A stretch of 64,000 nucleotides of DNA from an uncultured Verrucomicrobiae bacterium. GTDB taxonomy: Bacteria > Verrucomicrobiota > Verrucomicrobiia > Chthoniobacterales > Chthoniobacteraceae. Positions 1 to 14,487 of this stretch are shown piece after piece. Position 1 is the stretch's first letter, and each line of letters begins with the position of its first letter. The stretch spans positions 1 to 64,000 of the forward strand of contig CAWHEP010000010.1 in NCBI GenBank assembly GCA_963828525.1. The letters are read 5' to 3'. Made by a program: the position numbers and the translations under genes. The notes under the pieces were generated by a model. That model was not told the DNA's origin. It made no database searches and saw only the letters and a list, made by a program, of their open reading frames with translations.

Positions 1-3000
1 ACGGTCCAGCCGAGCATGTCCGGCAGGAAGATGTCCAGCGAGATGGCCGCGGGCCGGAACTGGCGGGCGAGGGCCACTCCGGCGGCGCCCTTAGTGGCAA
101 CAAGGCCCTTGAACCGTGGTCGCGCGCCAGGCCCAGAAGGATGCGGGCGTAATGGGGATCGTCCTCGATGATCAGCATCACCGGCATCTCCCTCGGCGAA
201 TGGATGTCGCGATCGTCCTCGACGTGTTCCTCCTGCGCGACGGGCAGGACGTTCAGGCGCGGCCTGCCGGCCAGCTGCCGGCTGCCGCTGGAGCCGTCAT
301 ACCCTGTGGGGGCCCGTATAGTGCAGAGGCAGGTAGAGGGTGAAGGTGCTGCCCTGGCCGTGCACGCTGGTCAGCCGGATCTCGCCACCGAGCAGCGCCG
401 CCAGTTCGCGGCTGATGGCCAGCCCGAGGCCCGTGCCGCCGTATTTGCGGGAGGTGCCCGGCATCCGCCTGCTGAAAGGCCTCGAAGATCAGCCGCTGTT
501 TTTCCGGCGCGACGCCGATGCCGGTATCCTCCACGGCAAAGGCAACGACCTGCTGCGCCTTGCTGAGCACGGGATGATCGACGCTCCAGCCATGCGTGGC
601 GAAGTCCACGCGCACGTCCACATGGCCCTGGGAGGTGAATTTCACCGCGTTCGAGAGCAGGTTTTTCAGGATTTGCTGCAGCCGCTTCGGATCGGTCGTG
701 AGCGAGCGCGGCAGATCGGGGGCGAAGTCCACATTGAAGGGCAGGTTCTTGCTCTCGGCCACGTGCCGGAAGTTGCGGTCGATATTGTCCCGCAGGCCGA
801 GGAAGGAGATTTCCTCCGCCTCCACGGAGACGGTGCCCGACTCGATTTTCGAAAGATCGAGAATGTCGTTGATCAGGTTCAGCAGATCGGAGCCGGAGGA
901 GTGGACGTTGCGGGCGAAATCGACTTGCTTCGGCAGCAGGTTGCCCGCCTGCGTTCTCGGCGAGCTGCTGGCTCAGAATGAGGATCGAGTTGAGCGGCGT
1001 GCGCAACTCGTGGGACATGTTCGCCAGGAACTCGGATTTGTACTTGGAGGTGAGCGCGAGCTCGGCCGCTTTTTCTTCCAGCGCGCCGCGGGCCTGCTCG
1101 ACCTCGCGGTTCTTGCGCTCGACCTCCGCATTCTGCTCGGCGAGGAGCCGCGCCTTGGTGCCAAGCTGCTCGTTCGTTTCCTGCAGCTCGCTCTGGCGGG
1201 ACTGGAGTTCGACCGTCAGCTGTTGCGACTGCTTGAGCAGACCCTCCGTGCGCATGGTCGCCTCGATGGTATTGAGCACGACGCCGATGCTGGTGGTGAG
1301 CTGATCGAGAAAGATGAGGTTCGTGGAAGTAAACGGGCGCAGGGAGGCGAGCTCGATGACCGCTTTGGTGTGGCCTTCGAACAGCAGCGGCAGCACGACG
1401 ATGCTCGAGGGCGTGGCCTCGCCCAGGCTGGACGAGATCGCGCGTGTAATCCGGCGGGACATCGGTGAGCAGGATGCGCTGCTTTTCGAGCGGCGCACTG
1501 GCCCGACGATCCCCTCGCCGAGCGGGATGCGCTCCGGCTGGCCGGGGCGCTGCGCGTAGCCGGCAAGAAGCTGCAAGCGTCGGCGCGCCGCTCCCTCGCC
1601 TTCCGCCATCTGGTAAATGGTGCCCTGCTGCGCTTGACCAGCGGCACGAGATCGGCCAGCAGGGTCTTGGCCGACGGTGAAAAGGTCGCGCTGCCCCTGG
1701 AGCATGCTGGTGAAGCGGGCGATGTTGGTCTTCAGCCAGTCCTGCTCGCGATTGCGCTCCGTCGTTTCGCGCAGGTTCGCGATCATCGTGTTGAGGTTGT
1801 CTTTCAACTCGGCGACTTCGCCTTTGGCGTCCACCTGGATGGAGCGGGTAAGATCGCCTTGGGTCACGGCGGTGGCGACCTCGGCAATGGCGCGCACCTG
1901 CGTGGTGAGGTTCGCGGCCAGGAGGTTGACGTTGCCGGTGAGATCCTTCCACATGCCGGCCGCGCCGGGGACGTTGGCCTGGCCGCCGAGCCGTCCATCG
2001 ACGCCCACCTCGCGCGCGACGTTGGTCACCTGGTCGGCAAACGTCGCGAGCGTGTCGGTCATGTTATTGATCGTCTCGGCGAGCGCCGCGACTTCGCCCT
2101 TGGCCTGCACGGTGAGCTTCTGGCGGAGGTTGCCGTCGGCCACCGCGGTCACGACTTTCACGATGCCGCGGACCTGGTCGGTGAGGTTCGACGCCATGAA
2201 GTTGACGTTGTCGGTGAGATCCTTCCAGGTGCCGCCGACGCCGGAGACCTGCGCCTGGCCGCCGAGCTTGCCCTCGGTGCCGACTTCGCGGGCCACGCGC
2301 GTGACTTCGGCGGCGAAGGCGTTAAGCTGATCGACCATCGTGTTGACGGTGTTCTTCAGCTCCAGAATTTCGCCCTTCACGTCGACGGTGATCTTGCGGC
2401 TCAGGTCGCCGCGGGCGACGGCGGTCGTGACTTCGGCGATGTTGCGGACCTGGGCCGTGAGGTTCGCGCCCATCGTGTTGACGGAATCGGTCAGATCCTT
2501 CCAAGTGCCGGCGACGCCGGGCACCACGGCTTGCACGCCGAGCCGGCCTTCGGTGCCGACCTCGCGCGCCACGCGGGTGACTTCCGACGCGAAGGAGCGG
2601 AGCTGCTCCACCATCGTGTTGATGGTTTCCTTGAGCTGCAAAATCTCGCCGCGCACATCGACAGTGATCTTCTTGGAAAGATCGCCATTGGCCACGGCGA
2701 TGGTCACCTCGGCGATGTTGCGGACCTGGCCGGTGAGGTTCGAGGCCATGGAGTTCACGTTGTCGGTCAGATCCTTCCAGGTGCCGGCCACGCCGAGCAC
2801 CTGCGCCTGGCCGCCGAGCTTGCCTTCGGTGCCGACTTCGCGCGCCACGCGCGTGACTTCCGAGGCGAAGGCGCCGAGCTGCTCGACCATGGTGTTCATG
2901 GTTTCCTTGAGCTGCAAGATCTCGCCCTTCACATCGACGGTGATCTTGCGGCTGAGATCGCCGCGCGCGATGGCGGTGGCCACGTCGGCGATGTTGCGGA

Positions 3001-6000
3001 CCTGGCCGGTGAGGTTCGAGGCCATCGAGTTCACGTTGTCGGTCAGATCCTTCCACGTGCCGGCCACGCCAGGCACCGCGGCCTGGCCGCCGAGCTTGCC
3101 GTCGGTGCCGACTTCGCGCGCCACGCGCGTGACTTCCGCCGCAAAGGAGCGAAGCTGATCGACCATCGTGTTGATCGTTTCCTTCAGCTCCAGAATCTCC
3201 CCGCGCACGTCCACGGTGATCTTCTTGGAAAGATCGCCGTTGGCCACGGCGATGGTCACTTCGGCGATGTTGCGGACCTGCGAGGTCAGGTTGGACGCCA
3301 TCGAGTTCACGTTGTCGGTCAGATCCTTCCAGGTGCCGGCCACGCCTTCCACTGCCGCCTGGCCGCCCAGCTTGCCTTCGGTGCCGACTTCGCGCGCCAC
3401 GCGGGTGACTTCGGAGGCGAAGCCATTGAGCTGGTCGACCATCGTGTTGATCGTGTTCTTCAGCTGCAGAATTTCGCCCTTCACATCGACGGTGATCTTG
3501 CGGCGAAAGATCGCCGCGGGCCACCGCCGTGGTCACGTCGGCGATGTTGCGGACCTGCGAGGTGAGGTTGGACGCCATGGAGTTCACGTTGTCGGTCAGA
3601 TCCTTCCACGTGCCGGCCACGCCCTGCACCTCCGCCTGGCCGCCGAGCTTGCCTTCCGTGCCGACTTCGCGGGCCACGCGGGAGACTTCGGAGGCGAAGC
3701 CATTGAGCTGATCGACCATCGTGTTGACGGTGTTCTTCAGCTCCAGGATTTCGCCTTTCACCTCCACGGTGATCTTGCGGCTCAAGATCGCCGCGGGCGA
3801 CGGCGGTCGTCACGTCGGCGATGTTGCGCACCTGGCCGGTGAGGTTGTTGGCCATGGAGTTGACGTTGTCGGTCAGATCCTTCCACGTGCCGGCGACGCC
3901 GCGGACCTGCGCCTGGCCGCCCAGCTTGCCTTCGGTGCCGACTTCGCGCGCCACGCGGGAGACTTCCGAGGCAAAGGCGTTGAGCTGATCCACCATCGTG
4001 TTGAGCGTGTTCTTCAGCTCCAGGATTTCGCCCTTCACGTCGACGGTGATCTTCTTGGACAAATCGCCATTGGCGACCGCCGTCGCCACATCCGCGATGT
4101 TGCGGACCTGGCCGGTGAGATTGGAGGCCATGGAGTTCACGTTGTCCGTCAGATCCTTCCACGTGCCGGCGACGCCGGGCACCTGCGCCTGGCCGCCGAG
4201 CGCGCCTTCGGTGCCGACCTCGCGCGCCACGCGGCTGACTTCGCCAGCAAAGGCGTTCAGCTGGTCGACCATCGTGTTGATCGTGTTCTTCAGCTCCAGA
4301 ATTTCGCCGCGCACCGCGACGGTGATTTTCTTGGAAAGATCGCCGTTGGCCACGGCGGTCGTGACCTCCGCGATGTTGCGGACCTGCGACGTGAGGTTGG
4401 TCGCCATCGCGTTGACCGAGTCGGTGAGATCCTTCCACGTGCCGGCCACGCCGCGCACCTCCGCCTGGCCGCCGAGCTCGCCTTCGGTGCCGACCTCGCG
4501 CGCCACGCGCGTCACTTCCGAGGCAAAGCCATTGAGCTGATCGACCATCGTGTTGATCGTGTTCTTCAGCTCCAGAATCTCGCCGCGCACATCGACCGTG
4601 ATCTTCTTGGAAAGATCGCCATTGGCCACGGCCGTGGTCACTTCCGCGATGTTGCGCACCTGGCCGGTGAGGTTCGAGGCCATGAAGTTCACGTTGTCCG
4701 TCAGATCCTTCCAGGTGCCCGCCACGCCGGGCACCTGCGCCTGGCCGCCGAGCTTGCCTTCGGTGCCGACCTCGCGCGCCACGCGCGTCACTTCCGAGGC
4801 GAAGCCGTTCAGCTGATCCACCATCGTGTTGATGGTGTTTTTCAGCTCCAGGATTTCGCCTTTCACGTCCACGGTGATCTTGCGGCTAAAGATCGCCCTG
4901 CGCGACGGCGGTGGTGACTTCCGCGATGTTGCGGACCTGGCCGGTGAGATTCGAGGCCATGGAGTTCACCGAGTCGGTCAGATCCTTCCACGTGCCGGCG
5001 ACGCCGGGCACCGCCGCCTGGCCGCCGAGCTTGCCCTCGGTGCCGACTTCGCGCGCCACGCGGGTCACTTCCGAGGAGAAGCCGTTGAGCTGATCGACCA
5101 TCGTGTTGATGGTCTCCTTCAGCTCCAGGATTTCGCCCTTCACATCGACGGTGATTTTGCGGGAAAGATCGCCGCGCGCCACCGCCGTGGTCACCGCGGC
5201 GATGTTGCGGACCTGGCCGGTCAGATTCGAGGCCATGGCGTTGACGGAATCGGTCAGATCCTTCCAGGTGCCGGCCACGCCGGGCACCACCGCCTGTCCG
5301 CCCAGGCGGCCTTCCGTGCCGACTTCGCGCGCCACGCGCGTCACTTCCGACGCGAAGGAGCGGAGCTGGTCGACCATGGTGTTGGTGGCCTCCTTGAGCT
5401 GCAGAATCTCGCCGCGCACGTCGACCGTGATCTTTTTGGAAAGATCGCCGTTGGCCACGGCGATGGTCACGTCGGCGATGTTGCGCACCTGCGCGGTGAG
5501 GTTGCCGGCCATCTGGTTGACGGATTCGGTCAGTTCCTTCCAGACGCCCGAGACGCCTTTCACCTGCGCCTGGCCGCCGAGCTTGCCTTCGGTGCCGACC
5601 TCGCGCGCCACGCGGGTCACTTCCGAGGTGAAGACGGAAAGCTGGTCGATCATCGTGTTGACCAGCTTCGCCGAGCGCAGGAACTCGCCCTTGAGCGCGC
5701 GGCCGTCCACTTCGAGTTCCATCGATTGCCCCAGGTCGCCCTTGGCCACCGCGCCGATGGTGCGCGCGACGTCCGCGGTGGGCCGCACGAGGTCGTCGAT
5801 GAGCGTGTTGATGGACTCGACCTTGGTGGCCCATTCGCCAATGGCGCCGGGAAGGGACATGCGCTGCTTGAGCCGCCCCTCCTTGCCGACCGTTCGTCCT
5901 CAGGCGCTTACTTCGCGGGTGATGCGATCCTCATAGCCCGATGGCCTGATTGAACGCCTCCGCGATGCGCCCATCGATGCCGTCCCAATCGGCCGGGAGC

Positions 6001-6176
6001 CGCACCGAGAAATCGCCGTCGCGGAAGGCCACCATCGCGGCCAGGAGCTGGCGCGACCGGGGATCAGCGGCATCTTCCCTGGCGCGCCTGCTGGCGGAAC
6101 GGCCATTCGGCTTGCCATTTTTCACGGCGGAGCTGGCGGCAGGCGACCGGGGCGCGGAGCTTAATTTTGCTTTCAT
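1..6176 (-). CDS. Poly-HAMP hybrid sensor histidine kinase (about 15 HAMP repeats, GAF, HisKA, HATPase, REC); OsaA/group III HK-like; frameshifted; runs off the left edge
   Basis: Joined from ORFs 5931..6176, 4886..5860, 3481..4872, 2322..3785, 371..3484 and 253..825. 14 copies of the REVG(T/V)(E/D)GxLG(G/V)QA repeat plus one degenerate first copy. H-box [18 protein letters not shown]-box [17 protein letters not shown]1 VEDTGIG. Receiver motif [14 protein letters not shown] at positions 1-60. Confidence 0.93.
1860..5900 (-). repeat. Tandem ~276-bp (92-aa) coding repeats (HAMP units)
   Basis: The motif cagatccttcca(g/c)gtgccggc recurs about every 276 bp, with synonymous divergence between copies. 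Confidence 0.95.
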
Positions 6177-6583
6177 GTCAGGATGAGGAATGTGTGGATT
6201 CTGGGAGCCGACTCAAAGCGTAGCGCGACGCTCGCCACCCCGCTGAGATAAGGCAGGAAATGGGCTGAACCGCAGCCGGGGCTGTGAGCATGGGGAATGC
6301 GGATTAAGTCGCCGTCACCATATCCGTTCCCGCCCGGAAATCAATCCGGAGAACGAGGGCAAACGCAAGCGGGCGTGACATCGATTAAAACGCGCTCCGC
6401 CGGCGGCAGCCGGGGAAGAAGCATCACCGGGCAGCGGTTTCCCTGAAGTTGACGCTTGTGCTGGATGGCGGGGAATCCTCGTCGTGCCAGCGCCAAGCTG
6501 GGCGCGACCGCAGGAAAAAACTCGACGCTTTTTCTTTTCTTGCGAGAAGGTAGATCTTCGCGTCACCCGTTGTTCTCCGTGGA

Positions 6584-7630
6584 ATGAAATCGCCGCCCAG
6601 CCGCCCGACCGCCAACTCTTCAGATTGCGCGATTTTTGAGGCCGTCGCGTTTCTACGGCGGCGTCAACTGGCGCATGGTGAGTTCACGACGCTGCTCGGA
6701 GCTGACAGGCAAATGTCCAATCCCGTTTTCGATGGCTCTCCGTTCGTCACCTCCTTCGTTCTTGCCGCGTTGATTGACCTCGCCCGGTTTGGCGTCGAAG
6801 ACATCGTCACAAAAGCGGCGTCATTTCTCCTCTCGGAAATGGAGTTCGGCGGCGTTTGGAGATACTGGTCTACTCGCCAGCACAAGCACTGCCGATTACC
6901 GCCGGACCTGGACGACACATCGTGCATCAGCTACGCGCTGAGGCGGGCAGGCTATTCGGTGCCGGACAATCGGTGGGCGTTTAGTGGCACGAGGGATGCC
7001 GCAGGCCGGTTTAAGACCTGGATCTTGCCGCGGGAACAGAATCGCTTAACGCCTTGGTTCCTTCTCGCCCGGGCTGCGGGATTTTGTCAGGCATATCTGC
7101 GAACCCGAAGCGCGACGACGCCCTTACTTGAAGATCCACGCTTTCGCGTCATGCAAATCGATCGCGGCGATGTCGATCCGGTCGTGAACGCCAATGCAGT
7201 TCTTTATCTCGGCGAAAGCGCCGATACGCGGCCCGCGATCGAGTTCATCATCGCGGCAGTTCGCGATAACCGTGCGACTTGGAGCCTGTATTATGAAGAC
7301 CGGCTGGCTCTGTATCATGCGGTCGCGCGCGCGTTCCACCATTCTGCCCCCGCGCTCTCGGCGGCGCGCGCGGATATCGTCGAACAGATTCTCGAGCGTT
7401 GTCAGCGGCCCGGACTTCTCAATCCGCTGCAGTCCGCTTTGGCAGCATCGACGCTGCTGACATTCGAGCCAGCCGCTCCCTCCGTTCAAGATCTCCTCCG
7501 CTCCATCCTGGAGAGCCAGCGGGATGACGGAGGTTGGGATGCATATTGCTTCTACAATGTCTGGGGTTCTGAGGAGCTCACCACCGGGCTGTGCATCGAA
7601 GCGCTCGCGCTCTCGCAGTCCATCGAGTGA
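6584..7630 (+). CDS. Prenyltransferase/squalene-hopene-cyclase-like alpha/alpha-barrel protein (single domain, DxDD motif)
   Basis: 348 aa. SPFVTSFVLAAL, GGVWRYW...PPDLDDTSCISYAL, and QW-like motifs RQLAHGEF and SQRDDGGW. Confidence 0.65.
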   Translation: MKSPPSRPTANSSDCAIFEAVAFLRRRQLAHGEFTTLLGADRQMSNPVFDGSPFVTSFVLAALIDLARFGVEDIVTKAASFLLSEMEFGGVWRYWSTRQHKHCRLPPDLDDTSCISYALRRAGYSVPDNRWAFSGTRDAAGRFKTWILPREQNRLTPWFLLARAAGFCQAYLRTRSATTPLLEDPRFRVMQIDRGDVDPVVNANAVLYLGESADTRPAIEFIIAAVRDNRATWSLYYEDRLALYHAVARAFHHSAPALSAARADIVEQILERCQRPGLLNPLQSALAASTLLTFEPAAPSVQDLLRSILESQRDDGGWDAYCFYNVWGSEELTTGLCIEALALSQSIE

Positions 7631-7792
7631 GAGCGTTAGCGAGATTTGGCGATTGTGTTGCTGTCCGTGATGACGGCGCGTTTCAAAGCACTCCTATGCG
7701 ATGCCTTTAGCTGCCGCGATGATCTCGTTTTCCTCATCTCGATCTATCTGCATTGCCGGGGCGCAGCGCTTTCAGGACGCTGGGATGCCATC

Positions 7793-8341
7793 GTGAAGAC
7801 GCCCGAATGCAGCACCGCCGCCGCATTTCCGCGGTACCTGACCGGCGAAGTGGTGGCGGATAGCGCGGCGCTCCAGTGGCCGGGGCTTTTCGCGCGGCAT
7901 TTCCGATTTCCCCGTGTGGTTGATCGATTGCTCGTTCCCGCCACACCGGAGCCCCACATTTCATGCAACCTGCGGGGCACGGCAGAATTCCACGAGCGCG
8001 ACGTGGGCGGAACCTGGATCACGCGCCAGATCCGGAGCCGTGATCTGTTCGTCACGCGCTCACGGGCGCCGTACAAAGCGCGTTTTCGCTCGCCGCCCGG
8101 ACAAGAGCTTGAGGCCCTTTCGATCCACATTGCGGTTGAGCCATTCCTGGCCGCGCTTGAAGCGCGATATCCTGGCAAGTCGGGCCGGGTGGAGGTTGTG
8201 GACTATTTCGGCGGCGACGAAATCCTTCTGCACATCTGCCTGACCTGCTTCGAGATGCTCGCCGCGCGGACTCCCGGTAAATCGCAGGTTTTTCGCCGGG
8301 TAGTGGGCGTTACACCGACGGACTTTCGGGGTTCGCGCTAA
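7793..8341 (+). pseudogene. AraC-family regulator with internal deletion
   Basis: The N-terminal domain is joined directly to the last AraC helix (QVFRRVVGVTPTDFRG*). Most of the double HTH is absent. Confidence 0.7.
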
Positions 8342-8360
8342 TACCGGATTTTTTCTTTTC

Positions 8361-8396
8361 CGCAGAATCGCGACAGGCGTCGCAGGATCACGAGAG
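8361..8396 (+). promoter_or_regulatory. Tandem direct repeat, probable AraC-family binding sites
   Basis: cgcagaatcgcgacag / cgcaggatcacgagag with a 20-bp period, lying between the AraC remnant and the aldo-keto reductase. Confidence 0.45.
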
Positions 8397-8399
8397 TAG

Positions 8400-11722
<3,323 letters not shown>

Positions 11723-11728
11723 GCCGGG

Positions 11729-12182
11729 ATGCGCACCGCAACGCAAATCGCATCCGTGGTCATCCTGATGGTCGAGGACAATCCTACCGATGTGCTCATC
11801 GCGAGGGAAGGCTGTTGGACGCCAAAATGCGCAATACGCTGCATGTGGCCGACGACGGCATCGAGGCCTTGGAATTTCTGCGCCAGCATGGCAAGTATGC
11901 CGGCGCGCCACGCCCGGACCTGATCCTGCTCGACCTGAACATGCCGCGCAAAAACGGCCAGGAAGTGCTCGCCGAGATCAAGGCCGATGAGCGATCTGAA
12001 AGGACATCCCGGTGGTCATCCTCACGACCTCGAAGTCCGCAGGAGGACATCAGCAAAGCCTACGGGCTGCACGCCAATTGCTACATCAGCAAGCCGGTGG
12101 ATTTCGATGAATTCACCAAAGTGATGCAGACGATCCAGGATTTCTGGTTCTCGTTGGTCACCCTTCCCACAGCCCAAAGTGA
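11729..12182 (+). CDS. Single-domain response regulator (Rcp1-like), frameshifted
   Basis: [41 protein letters not shown], spread over two frames. Confidence 0.88.
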
Positions 12183-14440
12183 TCGCCGACACCAAAATTC
12201 AAGTGCTGCTCGTCGAAGACAACCCGACGGACAAAATGCTCGTGGAGGATGAACTGGCGCACACGACCGGGTCTCAGTTTTCCGTCGTGCATGTCGACCA
12301 GTTGAACGACGCGCTGGCCCGGCTGGGGGCGGAGCGTTTCGACGTGGTGCTGCTGGATCTCACCTTGCCGGACAGCAATGGCTTCGAGACATTCGTGCGC
12401 CTGCACAATGCGGCCCCAGAGACTCCAGTGGTCGTGCTCTCGGGTGGCGCCGACGGGCAGCTTGCAGTCCAGGCGGTGCAGGCCGGGGCGCAGGATTATC
12501 TGGTGAAAGGGCGCCTGGGCGAGGAAGTATTGGCCCGCTCGATCCGGTATGCAATCGAGCGCAAGCGGGGCGAGGAGGAGCTGCAACTAATGCGCTTTTG
12601 CGTGGCCCACGCCGGCGACAAGGTGTTCTGGTTCGGTCCTGAAGGGCAACTGCTCTACGTGAACGAATCGGCCTGCGCGGGGCTCGGTTACACCGGTGCC
12701 GAACTGCTCAAACTGAATATCTCGGACCTCGCTCCGGACTATGACTCCGGCGTCTGGAAAAGCCATTGGGAAGAACTGAAGGCGCGGCGCACCATGACGT
12801 TTGAAAGCCGGTACCGCACCAAGGCCGGCCACTTGTTTCCCGTCGAGGTCAGCGCCAATTACGTCCGCGTCGGGGCGCAGGAATTCAACTTTGCCTTCAG
12901 CCGCGACATCACCGAGCGGAAGCAATCCGAGGCTCGGTTCCGCTGGTTGGTCGATTCCAGCGCGCAAGGGGTGATGTTTTGGAATACGAACGGCGAAATC
13001 ACCGGAGCAAACGACACCTTCCTGAGCCTGGTGGGATACAGCCGCGCCGACCTGGAGGACGGGCGCATGAGATGGATGGAGATGACGCCGCCCGAACACG
13101 CCAGCCGCGACCAGCGGGCAATGGAGGAGGTCAGGCTGAAGGGATTTTGCGCTCCATACGAAAAGGAATTTACGCGGAAGGACGGCTCGCGCGTCGCCGT
13201 GCTGGTGGGCGCGTCGGTGTTCCCGGATCAGCCAGATGAAGGTGTGTGCTTCGCGGCCGATCTCACCGAGCGCAACAAGCTCGAGCAGCAGTTTCTCCGC
13301 GCACAACGCATGGAGAGCATCGGCACGCTGGCCGGCGGCATCGCGCACGATCTGAACAACTCGCTCGCGCCGATCATGATGTCGCTCGATTTGCTGAAGA
13401 TGAAGTTCACCGATCCGGACAGCCAGGAACTGCTTGCCATCATCGGCGCCAGCGCGCAGCGCGGGGCGGACATGGTGCGGCAGGTGCTGTCCTTTGCCCG
13501 CGGCGTCGAGGGGCAGCGCATGGAGGTGCAGGTCAGGCACTCATCGGGGAGATCGAAAAGATCGCCAACGACACCTTTCTCAAAAACATCCAGGTGCGGA
13601 CGATCATCCCAGCCGATCTCTGGACGGTCCTGGGCGACCCGACCCAACTCCACCAGGTGCTGCTCAATCTCTGCGTGAACGCGCGCGACGCCATGCCCGG
13701 ACGGCGGGGCGCTGACGCTCTCCGCCGAAAATATCGACCTCGATGCCCACTACGCCGGCCTGAGCTGGAACTTCGAAGCAAAGCCGGGCCGTACGTCTGC
13801 ATCCAGGTCACCGACACCGGCACCGGCATGCCGCCGGAACTCATCGAGAAGATCTTCGATCCGTTTTTCACGACCAAGGAGCTGGGCAAGGGGACCGGGC
13901 TCGGGCCTGTCCACTTCGCTGGCCATCGTCAAGAGCCACGGCGGATTCATCCGCGTCTACAGCGAGCTGGGGAAGGGCACGAAGTTCAGCGTCTATCTGC
14001 CCGCGCAGACCGAGGCTTCGCCGGACGGTCGGCGGCCGAGTCGCGGCGGAAATGCCGCGCGGCAACGGCGAACTGATCCTCGTGGTGGATGATGAAGCCG
14101 GCCGTGCGCCAGATGACCGACCAGACACTCGAGGCCTTCGGCTACCGCGTCGTCCTCGCCTGCGATGGCGCGGAGGCCGTGGCCGTTTACGCCCGCGCAG
14201 GGCGACGAGATCGCCGCGGTCCTCACCGACATGATGATGCCGGTCATGGATGGCCCTGCGACGATTCGCGTTTTGCGCCGGATGAATCCGGCGGTTCGCA
14301 TCATCGGGGCGAGCGGGCTCTCGTCCAGCGGCCCCGCCGCTCATGCGGCCAGCCTCGGCATCACCCATTTCCTGGCTAAACCTTACACCGCGGAGACGCT
14401 CCTGAAAGCGCTGCGGCAGGTTCTATTGCCGGGAGAGTAA
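12179..14440 (+). CDS. Hybrid kinase REC-PAS-PAS-HisKA-HATPase-REC, frameshifted
   Basis: [23 protein letters not shown]-box [41 protein letters not shown]-terminal [22 protein letters not shown]. Confidence 0.9.
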
Positions 14441-14487
14441 GGGCGCGCGCGGTCGCCAGCCGCAATCAGGGCCATCCATGCCTGTTG

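Noticed and set aside
1860..5900. Repeat array as CRISPR or a non-coding repeat
   Set aside because: The 276-bp period, synonymous variation and lack of unique spacers show it is a protein-coding HAMP repeat.
596..5953. Long plus-strand ORFs (643, 398 and 375 aa)
   Set aside because: Antisense shadows of the high-GC3 kinase gene, with no independent motifs.
6313..6380. Possible c-di-GMP-I riboswitch (GGGCAAAC, GTCAC..GTGAC)
   Set aside because: The GNRA-capped P2 and the downstream P3 elements are not recognisable.
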